Source of the DNA: Verrucomicrobiota bacterium
GTDB taxonomy: Bacteria > Verrucomicrobiota > Verrucomicrobiia > Limisphaerales > SXQI01
Length of the DNA: 64,000 nucleotides
Reading direction: 5' to 3'
Assembly (NCBI GenBank): GCA_033762115.1
Contig: JANRLX010000093.1
Span: 48,737-112,736, forward strand
Shown: piece after piece, positions 8,751 through 18,126 of the stretch
How positions within the stretch are numbered: the first letter of the stretch is position 1
How the letters are laid out: the number at the start of each line of letters is the position of its first letter
Program-made: the position numbers and the translations under genes
Notes under the pieces: generated by a model
What the model saw: only the letters and a program-made list of their open reading frames with translations
The model's database searches: none
Told to the model about the DNA's origin: nothing

Positions 8751-9365
8751 ATGTGGAAGGATAAATCCATGAACCTGAAAATGAGAAATGTTTCCATCCT
8801 GGTTATTGTTGCCACATGCCTTATTGTGGCCTTCGCCAAAGAGACAAATCAGGTCAGCAAATCATCACAGACCCCCGCTATGAACACAGCAAAGTCCGTC
8901 CCGGTCAGGCTCCTTGGTGCTGACGGCAAGGCCACTGAAGTCCAGTTAGTGGACAAAGTCGTGAAAAGCGATTCCGAATGGCGGAAGCAATTGACTGCCG
9001 AGCAGTACCAGATTGCCCGCGGAAAAGGAACGGAGCGCGCTTTTTGCGGGGCTTTTTATGACCACAAAAAACCGGGCATTTACACCTGCATTTGTTGTGA
9101 ATTGCCCCTTTTTGAATCCACCGCCAAATTCGATTCAGGGACCGGTTGGCCCAGTTTCTTCAAACCTTTTGCCAGCGAGAATGTCACCACTCTCCCAGAT
9201 AACAGCCATGGAATGAGGCGTGTTGAAATTCTTTGCGCACGTTGCGACGCACATCTCGGTCATGTTTTTGAAGATGGCCCAAAGCCCACCGGGTTGCGCT
9301 ACTGCCTCAATTCCGCTTCGCTCGAATTCAGGCCTTCGGAAAAGACTGAAGCCGCCAGCAAATAA
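8751..9365 (+). CDS. msrB: Peptide-methionine (R)-S-oxide reductase MsrB with an N-terminal signal/anchor extension
   Basis: SelR/MsrB core: 'GKGTERAF', Zn-binding CxxC pairs ('TCICCELPLF', 'CARCDAHLGHVF') and catalytic 'GLRYCLNS'. A ~75-aa N-terminal extension contains the hydrophobic segment VSILVIVATCLIVAFA. Alternative ATG at 8769. Confidence 0.9.
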   Translation: MWKDKSMNLKMRNVSILVIVATCLIVAFAKETNQVSKSSQTPAMNTAKSVPVRLLGADGKATEVQLVDKVVKSDSEWRKQLTAEQYQIARGKGTERAFCGAFYDHKKPGIYTCICCELPLFESTAKFDSGTGWPSFFKPFASENVTTLPDNSHGMRRVEILCARCDAHLGHVFEDGPKPTGLRYCLNSASLEFRPSEKTEAASK

Positions 9366-9401
9366 ACCGGCTCAGGATTCGAGAGATCAGGCCGGAAGAA
9401 A

Positions 9402-9487
<86 letters not shown>

Positions 9488-9728
9488 CACCGAGAAACCG
9501 TTTCAAGCCCTCGGCCCGAATTGGAGCATGGACAATTAAGCCAATCGCCCTGCCTTGTCAACGGATGCTTTCCGCATTTGGGCTGCTTGATTCAGGGCAA
9601 GGCGACCATGCTCAAGGAGCATCGATTGGTTGTTCCATCCACGATTCTTCAAGAGAAAATTCCTGTTTGCTTCCCAGGTGGCTTTTACGAAAGATTGGCA
9701 CTGCTCTTGAAATGGTTGTTGTTCCGTT

Positions 9729-10181
9729 ATGGCGGAGGAATCCCAGGTAGCGGCCATCGCTCATGTCATCCAGTTGTCTGTAGCGCCGGTCTTTTTGCTG
9801 GCCGCAGTCAGCGGATTGCTGTCTGTGTTGACGAATCGGCTGGGGAGGATAATCGACCGTTCCCGTGTCATTGAGGAGAAATTGTCGTTGGGGGCAATAA
9901 AGGAGGGAGAGAACCAAACAGAGCGACTGGAAATCTTTTCCCGTCGTGCTCGACTGGTCAATTATTCCATCGGCCTTTGTACCGCGTGTGCCTCGATGGT
10001 TTGTCTTGTGATCATTTCTCTTTTTGCAGGTGTGTTCTTCGAAGTGAATTATTCAAAAATGATCGGACTTCTCTTTATCGCAGCCATGTCTTCCCTGTTT
10101 GCGGCCTTGATTTTCTTTCTACGCGAAATCCTCCTGGCCACGCAGACATTGCGCATTGGAATGTTGCGGAAGAGAGTTTAA
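9729..10181 (+). CDS. Small integral membrane protein (DUF2721-like by recollection)
   Basis: 150 aa with three predicted TM helices (HVIQLSVAPVFLLAAVSGLLSVL; SIGLCTACASMVCLVIISLFAGVF; LLFIAAMSSLFAALIFFL). The family name is from memory and unverified. Confidence 0.45.
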   Translation: MAEESQVAAIAHVIQLSVAPVFLLAAVSGLLSVLTNRLGRIIDRSRVIEEKLSLGAIKEGENQTERLEIFSRRARLVNYSIGLCTACASMVCLVIISLFAGVFFEVNYSKMIGLLFIAAMSSLFAALIFFLREILLATQTLRIGMLRKRV

Positions 10182-10255
10182 GGGAACCTCGCGATTAGGT
10201 TATATTTCCAGCATTAACCTGTTGGCTTACGGCTGAAGCATGGCATCATATCAAA

Positions 10256-12595
10256 GTGTTCAGTGGTAGCTTCAGCTTTGCGGCCCGGGATTGGATTCTC
10301 CCCGCTTCAGTGGCAGCGATCCTGATTTTGTTTCTTTCAGCAGTGACCTACTGGCGAGTCACAGGCCCTTTTTGGGTTAAGGTAACCTGCTATTTTTTTC
10401 GCGCTTTGGGTGTTTTGATCCTTACCTTTTGCCTGCTGGAACCCACCATCAACAGTTCCAGGCCCAAGCCAGGCTCAAACCATTTTGCCATTCTGGTGGA
10501 CACGAGCGAGGGAATGCGGATTGCCGACAATGGACAACCGCGCTCGAATGTGGTGCGCAACACTTTATTGACCGATTCTGCGTGGCTGAAGGAATTGGAA
10601 CAGACCTTCCAGTTGCAGCCTTTCTCTTTTGATGTGCGCCTTCAGCCTGCGCGCGATTGGAACGAGTTGATGTTTGATGGACGCGCCACCGCGATGGGAA
10701 ATGCCCTTAAAAGCCTCGCGCAACGGAGCAAGGGCCAACCCCTTGCCGGAGTGCTTTTGCTGACAGATGGAAATGCCACAGATATTTCCGGCGAGTTGCC
10801 GGATTTTGCAGGATTGCCGCCGGTTTATCCTGTGTTGATTGGGGATGAAAGCGCGCTCAATGATCTTTCACTACTTGAAACAAGCGTCAGCCAAACTGCA
10901 TTTGAAGATGCGCCGGTCACGATCCAGGCAAATGTGAAAGCAGCGGGTCTTTCCGGCAAAAGTGCAATCGTGCGATTGATCGAACTCGGTTCCGGCAGTA
11001 GTTCAAACAAGGTTGTGGCCGAGGAGAAGCGGACAATCAAAAGCAACGACGAATCGCTGACCTTTCGTTTTTTAGCCCGGCCATTGAAAACAGGGCTGGT
11101 TTTTTATCGTGTGGAAACCATGCTCGAGGGAACGGAGGCCTCGGAAGCTACATTGGTGAATAACAGTCGGAGTGTGGTCGTGGACCGTGGCAGCGGTGAG
11201 CATCGAGTGCTTTACTTGAGTGGGCGTCCCAATTGGGAATATAAGTTTTTGAGCCGGGCTTTGTCTGATGATGATAAAATTCATTTAGTAGGCTTGATTC
11301 GGATTGCACGTCGTGAACCGAAATTTGCTTTCAAAGGCCGTGCGGGCGAATCGAGCAACCCGCTTTTCCGTGGATTTGATCGGCAGGATGAAGAGACAGC
11401 ACGGTACGATCAACCAGTTTTGATTCGCATGAACACTCGCGATGCGGATGAATTGCGTGGAGGGTTCCCGAAACTTCCCGAAGATTTGTTTCAGTACAAA
11501 GCGGTAATCCTGGATGATGTCGAAGCCGGGTTCTTCACTGCGGACCAGCAGCAACTTCTGCAACGATTTGTCAGTGACCGTGGTGGCGGACTATTGATGC
11601 TGGGGGGGCCTGATTCACTTCAACTCGGCAAGTACCATCGCACGCCGATTGGTGATATGCTTCCGATCTATTTGCATAGTGAAGAAAATATGGTCCCTTC
11701 CTCCGAGTTGCGCCTTGCCTTGACCCGGGAGGGGTGGCTCCAGCCATGGTTGCGATTGCGGGACAACCAGAACGATGAGAGGACCAGGCTCGAAACCAGT
11801 GCGCCGTTCGAAATAGTGAACACCGTCGAAAGAATCAAACCGGGAGCGCTTGTCCTTGCCAATGCAGTCGATGCGTCAAATCGGTCCTATCCAGCGCTGG
11901 CAGTGCAGCGGTTTGGAGCGGGGCGCACAGCCGCGCTGGCGATCGGGGATTTTTGGCGTTTGGGTTTTGGGGAAGAACAGGCCCAGGCGGACCTTGGCAA
12001 GGCCTGGAGGCAGATGGCTCGGTGGATGGTGGCGGATGTTCCTGAGCAGATTGCCGTTGAAGCGGTACCTTCGAACGAAGCGCCTGGCGCGATGACGCTT
12101 CGGGTGCGGGCCCGGAACAAAGCCTACGAACCAGTTGAGAGTGCCACGATCAACCTGCGTGTTGAGCAGGTTTTTCCTCCCTCCACCAACTCGCTTCAAT
12201 TAAGCGCGGAACCAACCCAGGAGGATCCTGATCTTTTTGCCAGCCAGTTCATTTCGCGAGACAATGGATCGTTCAAGGTCACCGCCCAGGTCAATGATTC
12301 CAACGGGGCCCTGATCGGCGAAGCTGCGGCAGGCTGGGCAACCGATCTCGCCGCGGAGGAGTTTCGCTCATTACAACCTAACAAGGCATTGCTGGAATCC
12401 ATCGCCCGAAAAACTGGTGGGGAGTTGCTGCGTGTTCCCGATTTACCCAGATTCGTAAAAAAACTGGAAAACAGCAAAGCTCCCATTGTCGAAAGCTATA
12501 CCATTGCTGCCTGGCACAATCCCCTGGTTTTCATTCTCGCGCTGGCCTGTTTCGTTGCGGAATGGGGTTTGCGCCGATTTAAAGGAATGTCGTAG
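10256..12595 (+). CDS. Large membrane protein with an N-terminal double-TM segment, a VWA-like region and a glutamine-amidotransferase-like (class I GATase fold) region
   Basis: 779 aa, GTG start. Two N-terminal TM helices. 'FAILVDTSEGM...AGVLLLTDGNATD' resembles a VWA/MIDAS region. 'HRVLYLSGRPNWEYKFL...YKAVILDDVEAGFF...GGGLLMLGG' resembles GATase1-like domains of Bat/aerotolerance-associated proteins. A C-terminal TM helix is present (LVFILALACFVAEWGL). The exact family is unverified. Confidence 0.45.
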   Translation: MFSGSFSFAARDWILPASVAAILILFLSAVTYWRVTGPFWVKVTCYFFRALGVLILTFCLLEPTINSSRPKPGSNHFAILVDTSEGMRIADNGQPRSNVVRNTLLTDSAWLKELEQTFQLQPFSFDVRLQPARDWNELMFDGRATAMGNALKSLAQRSKGQPLAGVLLLTDGNATDISGELPDFAGLPPVYPVLIGDESALNDLSLLETSVSQTAFEDAPVTIQANVKAAGLSGKSAIVRLIELGSGSSSNKVVAEEKRTIKSNDESLTFRFLARPLKTGLVFYRVETMLEGTEASEATLVNNSRSVVVDRGSGEHRVLYLSGRPNWEYKFLSRALSDDDKIHLVGLIRIARREPKFAFKGRAGESSNPLFRGFDRQDEETARYDQPVLIRMNTRDADELRGGFPKLPEDLFQYKAVILDDVEAGFFTADQQQLLQRFVSDRGGGLLMLGGPDSLQLGKYHRTPIGDMLPIYLHSEENMVPSSELRLALTREGWLQPWLRLRDNQNDERTRLETSAPFEIVNTVERIKPGALVLANAVDASNRSYPALAVQRFGAGRTAALAIGDFWRLGFGEEQAQADLGKAWRQMARWMVADVPEQIAVEAVPSNEAPGAMTLRVRARNKAYEPVESATINLRVEQVFPPSTNSLQLSAEPTQEDPDLFASQFISRDNGSFKVTAQVNDSNGALIGEAAAGWATDLAAEEFRSLQPNKALLESIARKTGGELLRVPDLPRFVKKLENSKAPIVESYTIAAWHNPLVFILALACFVAEWGLRRFKGMS

Positions 12596-12635
12596 AGGCA
12601 TTTACCTCCGGGCCATTCTTTGGCATGTTCACGCA

Positions 12636-13433
12636 GTGGAGCCGCTGATTAAACTTTCTTCCCCAGCAACAAAGGAATTTTGGAAAATCCCAATTCTGTT
12701 TGAGGACGAAACTCTCCTCGCCATCGACAAACCGGCCTGTCTGCTTGTTTCTCCGGATCGGTATGATCCGGAACGGCCCAATATCATGAAGCTGCTCCAC
12801 GCAGATATTGCGCGAAACGCTGAATGGTCACGCTTACGGAAAATCAGCTACCTTGCAAATGTGCATAGGCTTGATTTCGAAACCAGCGGAGTGCTTCTGC
12901 TGGTGAAGGCCAAACCTGCTTTGATTCACCTTGCAGACCAGTTCGGATCAGAAAAACCGCATAAGAGATATGTCACGCTGGTCCAGGGGCATCCCCCGGA
13001 GGAGATGTTCGAGGTGGACGCAAAAATTGCAATGCACCCAATCAAGGTGGGCTTGATGCGGGTTGATCCCAAGCAGGGGAAACGTTCCCGCACGAAATTT
13101 GAAACGGTGGAACATTTTAAATCCTACACCTTTTTAAACGCTTTTCCTGAAACAGGGCGGACGCATCAGATCCGGGTGCATGCAAAACATGCAGGTGTAC
13201 CGATTGTTGGCGATGAACTTTATGGAGGCGCACCGCTGCTGCTTTCAAATCTTAAAAAAAATTACAGTTTTAAACGTGGGGAAGAGGAGCGGCCCTTAAT
13301 GGGAAGGGTGGCTCTTCATGCAGAATCGCTCACCATCACTCATCCGGTAACCGGTTCGGAGATTACCATTGATGCTCCAATGCCAAAGGATCTGGAAGTT
13401 TCGATCAAGTACCTCAGAAAATTTGCGCAATAA
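12636..13433 (+). CDS. RluA-family 23S rRNA/tRNA pseudouridine synthase
   Basis: Catalytic motif 'HRLDFETSGVLLLVK' and 'GRTHQIRVHAKHAGVPIVGD'. The ORF is open from 12486 but overlaps the upstream gene. The first plausible start after that gene's stop is GTG 12636 (VEPLIKLSS...). Confidence 0.8.
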   Translation: MEPLIKLSSPATKEFWKIPILFEDETLLAIDKPACLLVSPDRYDPERPNIMKLLHADIARNAEWSRLRKISYLANVHRLDFETSGVLLLVKAKPALIHLADQFGSEKPHKRYVTLVQGHPPEEMFEVDAKIAMHPIKVGLMRVDPKQGKRSRTKFETVEHFKSYTFLNAFPETGRTHQIRVHAKHAGVPIVGDELYGGAPLLLSNLKKNYSFKRGEEERPLMGRVALHAESLTITHPVTGSEITIDAPMPKDLEVSIKYLRKFAQ

Positions 13434-14846
13434 TTAAATTTTCTTGAGGCGAGGCCCTTTCGGCGTGTCTTCAATGACCCAGCCTTTGGCCTTCAACTCA
13501 TCGCGGATGGCATCGGACCGTTTAAAATCTTTGGCTTTTCGGGCAGTCTGCCGTTGCTCCAGCAAATCAATAAGTTCCTGAGGCACCTCTTCCGTTTCAG
13601 CCTTTTTGAGAATGGCAAAAACCGCATCAATCTGCTCCCATGTTGCCAGGGCATTCGCGGCGTCGTGTGGCAAAAACCTGCTCTCTGAGATCAGCCTGTT
13701 TGTGTCCCGTACCCACTCAAAAAGGGACCCCCAGGCCCCCGAAACGTTGAGATCATCATCCATCAATTCTGTGAATTGAGCCATGACCTGAGGATTGGGA
13801 GTGCCCTTTTCTCCACCTGCCAGTTCCCGGAGCTTGAGCAGTTGCTCATCAATCCGATTAAGAGCTGTGCGCGCTCCATGCAAGCCTTCCAGTGTAAAAT
13901 TAAAGGACTCCCGGTAATGGGCGGCGAGCAAAAGAAAACGCACTTCACGGCCCTGAAAACCTTTGGCAACCAGGTCGCGAAGAGTGAAGAAATTGCCGAG
14001 TGACTTGGCCATCTTTTTTCCTTCAACCAGAAGGTGCGCGACATGAGCCCAATACTTCACGAATTTTTCGCCCGGTTTCTGTAATCCAGCACCCTCGCTC
14101 TGTGCAATTTCATCTTCATGATGCGGAAAGGCGAGATCCTCACCACCCAGATGCAAATCAAAACTGTTACCCAAAAGATCCATGCTCATGGCGCTGCACT
14201 CAATATGCCAGCCTGGCCGTCCTTCTCCCCAGGGACTTGCCCATGAAATTTCCCCATCTTCCGGGACACGGGCCTTCCACAAAGCAAAATCCGCCACGCT
14301 TTCCTTTGCATACTCATCCGAACTGACTCGCTCACCCACGCGCATCTCCTCAAAATTCAGGTTCACCAGCTGCCCGTATTTGCAGCCGCAACCGATATAC
14401 TTGCTGATGCTGAAGTAAACCGAGCCATCGCTGGCGCGGTAGGCAATGCCGCGTGCCATTAATTTTTCGATCAATGTGATGATCTGGGGAATGAAATCGG
14501 TGGCATGTGGGAGGTCATGCGGTCGCTTGCAATTCAGGAGATCGAAATCCTCCAGAAAAGCCTTTTCATATTCTCCCGTGAACTCTTTGAGCGGACGTCC
14601 GTTCTGGCGGACGGAGGCAATGATCTTGTCTTCCACATCAGTGATGTTCATGACGTGACGGACGTTGAACCCGCGGAATTCCAGGTAGCGCCGGAAGAGG
14701 TCACTGAAAACAAACGTCCGGAAATTGCCGATATGGGCAAAATTATGGACGGTGGGGCCGCAGCAGTACATGCTGACTTCATTCCCCTGCAACGGGCTGA
14801 ACTCTTCCAAACGGCGCGTCAATGTGTTGAATATTGTGAAAGACAT
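13434..14846 (-). CDS. cysS: Cysteine--tRNA ligase
   Basis: 470 aa with HIGH-type motif 'CGPTVHNFAHIGN' and KMSKS-type motif 'KMAKSLGN'. It is collinear with CysS throughout (WHIECSAM, HHEDEIAQSE). Confidence 0.95.
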   Translation of the reverse strand: MSFTIFNTLTRRLEEFSPLQGNEVSMYCCGPTVHNFAHIGNFRTFVFSDLFRRYLEFRGFNVRHVMNITDVEDKIIASVRQNGRPLKEFTGEYEKAFLEDFDLLNCKRPHDLPHATDFIPQIITLIEKLMARGIAYRASDGSVYFSISKYIGCGCKYGQLVNLNFEEMRVGERVSSDEYAKESVADFALWKARVPEDGEISWASPWGEGRPGWHIECSAMSMDLLGNSFDLHLGGEDLAFPHHEDEIAQSEGAGLQKPGEKFVKYWAHVAHLLVEGKKMAKSLGNFFTLRDLVAKGFQGREVRFLLLAAHYRESFNFTLEGLHGARTALNRIDEQLLKLRELAGGEKGTPNPQVMAQFTELMDDDLNVSGAWGSLFEWVRDTNRLISESRFLPHDAANALATWEQIDAVFAILKKAETEEVPQELIDLLEQRQTARKAKDFKRSDAIRDELKAKGWVIEDTPKGPRLKKI

Positions 14847-14986
14847 TGCAAAGCAGAAGGGTATCGGCCTTCCCCAAGAAAAGGCAACTGGGTTTGAAGC
14901 CTTGGATTCGATTAAGCTTTCCCAGGCAAAAAGAAAACCCCGTCAAGCGTGGTGCCTGGCGGGGATAAAACGGTATGGGATTGGGA

Positions 14987-16246
14987 TTATCTTGGGGGCA
15001 AGGTTTTGTCCACCGGACTGCGATCCAAGATTGCGTAGCGCGGCAAGCCGCCATCCATCGGGATTTTTGGCTCTCCTTCAATCAATGGTCGGGCGTATTC
15101 GACGAATTTTTCGTTCGGCATGAAGCCATCTTCGCTAAGCCAGTCTCGCGGGAGGAGATGAACTGCATTGGCGATGTCGTTCAGGTCCTGCACGTCTGTG
15201 CTGAACTTTGTCCCGGACCGCACCAATTTGATCATGAAACCACTCTTGCCTTCAATTGCGGCACGAACGGCGGCTTCGCCACACATGACTGCATTATCGA
15301 TGTCAGTTTTGCTTGAAAAATGGGCGGCGCAGCGTTGCGCATAGCCAAGTTTCACAGTCCGGGTTTTGGTATTGAGCTTTCCCTGGACCAATTCAGCCAG
15401 ACGATCTGCCGCTCCTGAAAGAACCGGGTGACCGAAGGCATCCAAACGGCTCTTGTCCGCCCCGATCTCTTCACCTTTTTCATTTTTCAGCCCTTCGCCG
15501 ACCACCACGATGCAATATTTATTCTGCGCAACGGTTTCTTTGACCTTGCTGAGAAACGCTTCTTCATTCAGCGCGATCTCCGGGACCAGGATAATGTGAG
15601 GTGGATCGTTCGGGGCGCGTTTTGCAAGTACTGTCCCGGCAGCGATCCAACCGGCTGTCCGGCCCATGACTTCGATAATGCAGCAGGAACCATCGTCTGT
15701 GGCCATTCCGCCGACATCGAGGCCAATTTCCATGACAGTGGTCGCATTATATTTAATCACGGAACCGAAGCCAGGGCAGTTGTCCGTATGAGGGAGGTCG
15801 TTATCGATGGTTTTTGGCACCCCGATGACGCGCATTTCATAATTGCGCTTGACCGCTTCCTGATGGATTTGGTTGGAGGTGTCCTGAGAATCATTGCCTC
15901 CGGCGTAAAAAAAGTATCGGATATTATGAGCTTCAAACACCTGGAAAAGGCGGTCCATATCTTTGGCCGCTTGCTCAGGTTTCTTTTTGAAATCGATTTT
16001 ATAGCGGCAGGTGCCGAGGGCAGGGCCGGGAGTATATTTGAGCGCTTCAATTGAACGAGCTTTTTCATCGTTCAAATCGATCATCTCCTCGTTCAGGATG
16101 CCGAGAATCCCGTTCAATCCGCCATAAATTTCCTCGATATTGCCGTGTTTTCCAGCTTCCTGGATCACCCCTGCGACACTGGCGTTGATCACAGCGGTAG
16201 GACCGCCCGACTGGGCCACCAACAAATTTCCAACTAATTCAGCCAT
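14987..16246 (-). CDS. pfp: 6-phosphofructokinase, probably pyrophosphate-dependent
   Basis: 419 aa, PfkA family: 'SGGPTAVINAS', 'GGNDS' and 'PKTIDNDL'. The Asp in GGxDS and the Lys in PKTIDND are the residues usually associated with PPi rather than ATP use. Confidence 0.85.
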   Translation of the reverse strand: MAELVGNLLVAQSGGPTAVINASVAGVIQEAGKHGNIEEIYGGLNGILGILNEEMIDLNDEKARSIEALKYTPGPALGTCRYKIDFKKKPEQAAKDMDRLFQVFEAHNIRYFFYAGGNDSQDTSNQIHQEAVKRNYEMRVIGVPKTIDNDLPHTDNCPGFGSVIKYNATTVMEIGLDVGGMATDDGSCCIIEVMGRTAGWIAAGTVLAKRAPNDPPHIILVPEIALNEEAFLSKVKETVAQNKYCIVVVGEGLKNEKGEEIGADKSRLDAFGHPVLSGAADRLAELVQGKLNTKTRTVKLGYAQRCAAHFSSKTDIDNAVMCGEAAVRAAIEGKSGFMIKLVRSGTKFSTDVQDLNDIANAVHLLPRDWLSEDGFMPNEKFVEYARPLIEGEPKIPMDGGLPRYAILDRSPVDKTLPPR

Positions 16247-16353
16247 ATCAATATGTATTCAGGGCAGGACAGAACAAGACCTGCCATGCTGCATGCAATG
16301 AGCGGCAACCTTGCCAATCGACTTCTCGCGTGTCAAAGCGGAATTCGCCTAAA

Positions 16354-17148
16354 CTATTTCTGGCATTTTGGACACCAGGCAGTCGTTCTTCCCCCGATGG
16401 TATCCCTGACCAGAGGGGAACGGTGCTTCGGGCAATTCCCTTTTGTCTTCCATCGTTCATGGAAAAGCCAATCAGCAGGGAGACTGTCGAGTGCTTTGGG
16501 AACCCTTTTCAATGCCTCGGCACAAACAAACAGGGTGAATTGAAAGATTTTGGATTGTTCCGCTGGAGTCAACTGACCTCCTTTGCGGTTCGGGTTGATC
16601 TTCGCCTGCCAAAGGATTTCATCTGCCATCCAGTTGCCCACCCCTGGAAAACCTTCCTGCAAGAGCAGTATGGATTTGATCGATAGTTTGCCATGGCTTC
16701 CAACAAACTCCTTCATCGTTTTCAAGGTAAACCCAGAAGACCCAATCGCGGGTGCCAATCCGCTCCACCAGAGCGGCGCGTCACTGCCCTGATCAAAACG
16801 GACTCGGCCAAACTGCCGCGGATCATTAAAAACGAGGGCCTGACCTTTTTGGAATAGAACCAGATGATCATGCTTCCCTGGGGTATAATCCCCCTTTTCT
16901 GAGGAAAGAGTCCCGGACATTCCAAGATGGATTCCCAACCATGAATCGTTGCCAAATTTGAAAAGCATTTGCTTTCCGCTTGCTTCTGAGCGGACAAGCT
17001 TTTTTCCAGGCAGCTGCTTCAGCATTCCCTCCGTATCGACGTCACGAAAAATCCGCTTTCCGGCGTTCAGGTGGACACGAAGAACAGCTTTGCCTGTTCC
17101 GATATCCCAGCATCTCCGATAATATTCAACTTCACCCAGTTCAGGCAT
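16354..17148 (-). CDS. mutM: Formamidopyrimidine-DNA glycosylase family (Fpg/Nei) base-excision repair enzyme
   Basis: The start is set at 'MPELGEVE', because the N-terminal Pro is the catalytic nucleophile in this family. The ORF-track start at 17220 would bury it. An H2TH region is present, and a C-terminal zinc finger '[25 protein letters not shown]'. Confidence 0.85.
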   Translation of the reverse strand: MPELGEVEYYRRCWDIGTGKAVLRVHLNAGKRIFRDVDTEGMLKQLPGKKLVRSEASGKQMLFKFGNDSWLGIHLGMSGTLSSEKGDYTPGKHDHLVLFQKGQALVFNDPRQFGRVRFDQGSDAPLWWSGLAPAIGSSGFTLKTMKEFVGSHGKLSIKSILLLQEGFPGVGNWMADEILWQAKINPNRKGGQLTPAEQSKIFQFTLFVCAEALKRVPKALDSLPADWLFHERWKTKGNCPKHRSPLVRDTIGGRTTAWCPKCQK

Positions 17149-17282
17149 GGAGAACAAGCTACCTAAACAACAGCTGTTACGGAAGAATTCGTGAGAAAGG
17201 TTTTTTGAAATGGGAAGCAACTGCCGCGATGGTTGAAGGTTTGACAGAATATATTGTTACGGTGCATTCTCGATGGGTACCC

Positions 17283-18038
17283 ATGCGCAAGTTAAACGCC
17301 ACAACGCGCAAAACCGATCCATCGCTTCGACGGTACGCATTTACGTTGATTGAGCTGCTGGTTGTGATTGCAATCATCGCGACACTCGCCTCTCTTCTAT
17401 TACCTGCATTGGCAAAGGCCAAGACTCGGGCAAGAACCCTCAAATGCGCCAATAATCTGCGGCAGATCGGCCTGATGACTCACATCTATCTGGAAGAGCA
17501 GGAAAAAATCCCCACGTATATTTATTCTCCGGTGGGAAACAGATTTGTGGATATGGGGAAATCACCAGAAGAGTGGTTTAAAACATGGTCTTCCAGTTCT
17601 CCGGGATATTTCTACACCGAGGGATCAATCTATCATTGTCCCGAACTCAAGCTGAAGTTTGTCAGGCGGCAATCCAATACCACCCGTTATTGGATTCGCA
17701 GTTATGACGTCAATCAATTTGGGTATGGCCAATTTGCCAACCCCCATAAACAGCTTGGAATGGCTTCGTTTCATCATGAGGGAGTAATTAACCGGTTTAA
17801 GTTGAGTTCTGTGGTCGCCCCCTCATCGTTTATTGCCATTGGAGATGGCTATGACCTTGGCCCTTCACAGGATCGGATCAATGGACGTCATTCACGAAAG
17901 GCGAATATGGCCACACTCGATGGACAGGTTGAACTGGTCGCCACGAATAAATTGACTGATGATTCCGAGCCGATGCGTCGTCGATGGAATTCCGATAACC
18001 AGCCGCATTTCGAAATTCGCCCCCCTTCGGGTTCATAA
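17283..18038 (+). CDS. Prepilin-type N-terminal cleavage/methylation domain protein of the H-X9-DG class (pseudopilin-like)
   Basis: The start is set at ATG 17283 ([19 protein letters not shown]|[28 protein letters not shown]). A C-terminal '[12 protein letters not shown]' H-X9-DG motif lies at 17889-17924. The upstream part of the ORF-track ORF (16980-17282) overlaps fpg and looks non-coding. Confidence 0.8.
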   Translation: MRKLNATTRKTDPSLRRYAFTLIELLVVIAIIATLASLLLPALAKAKTRARTLKCANNLRQIGLMTHIYLEEQEKIPTYIYSPVGNRFVDMGKSPEEWFKTWSSSSPGYFYTEGSIYHCPELKLKFVRRQSNTTRYWIRSYDVNQFGYGQFANPHKQLGMASFHHEGVINRFKLSSVVAPSSFIAIGDGYDLGPSQDRINGRHSRKANMATLDGQVELVATNKLTDDSEPMRRRWNSDNQPHFEIRPPSGS

Positions 18039-18072
18039 GCACTCAAAAAGTGCGGTAACTCGCACCAAAGAA

Positions 18073-18102
18073 GAAGCCCTTCACTGGTCGGTGAAGGGCT
18101 TC
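18073..18102 (-). terminator. Perfect 12-bp hairpin between convergent genes, a likely intrinsic terminator
   Basis: GAAGCCCTTCAC-tggtcg-GTGAAGGGCTTC. On the minus strand it is followed by TTCTTTGG. It sits between the stop at 18038 (+) and the stop at 18127 (-). Confidence 0.6.
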
Positions 18103-18126
18103 ACGTGAATGCTGCTGCGAAAGGAA

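Noticed and set aside
15428-16054. Long ORFs antisense to confidently assigned genes. Examples: 15428-16054 opposite pfk, 45524-46198 and 48789-49331 opposite the A2M gene, 52187-52849 opposite the giant redox gene, 33803-34483 opposite the sulfatase homologue, and 6400-6909 opposite the secretin.
   Set aside because: Each lies entirely inside a gene with strong family motifs on the other strand. Their translations are low-complexity or Arg/Ser/Gly/Pro-rich with no recognisable motifs. Such shadow ORFs are expected in medium/high-GC coding DNA.
16980-17282. The 5' extension of the prepilin-like ORF (ORF-track start 16980), which would give a 352-aa protein.
   Set aside because: The extension overlaps the fpg coding region on the opposite strand and would bury the class III signal peptide about 115 residues inside the protein. 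ATG 17283 gives a canonical short basic leader before FTLIE.
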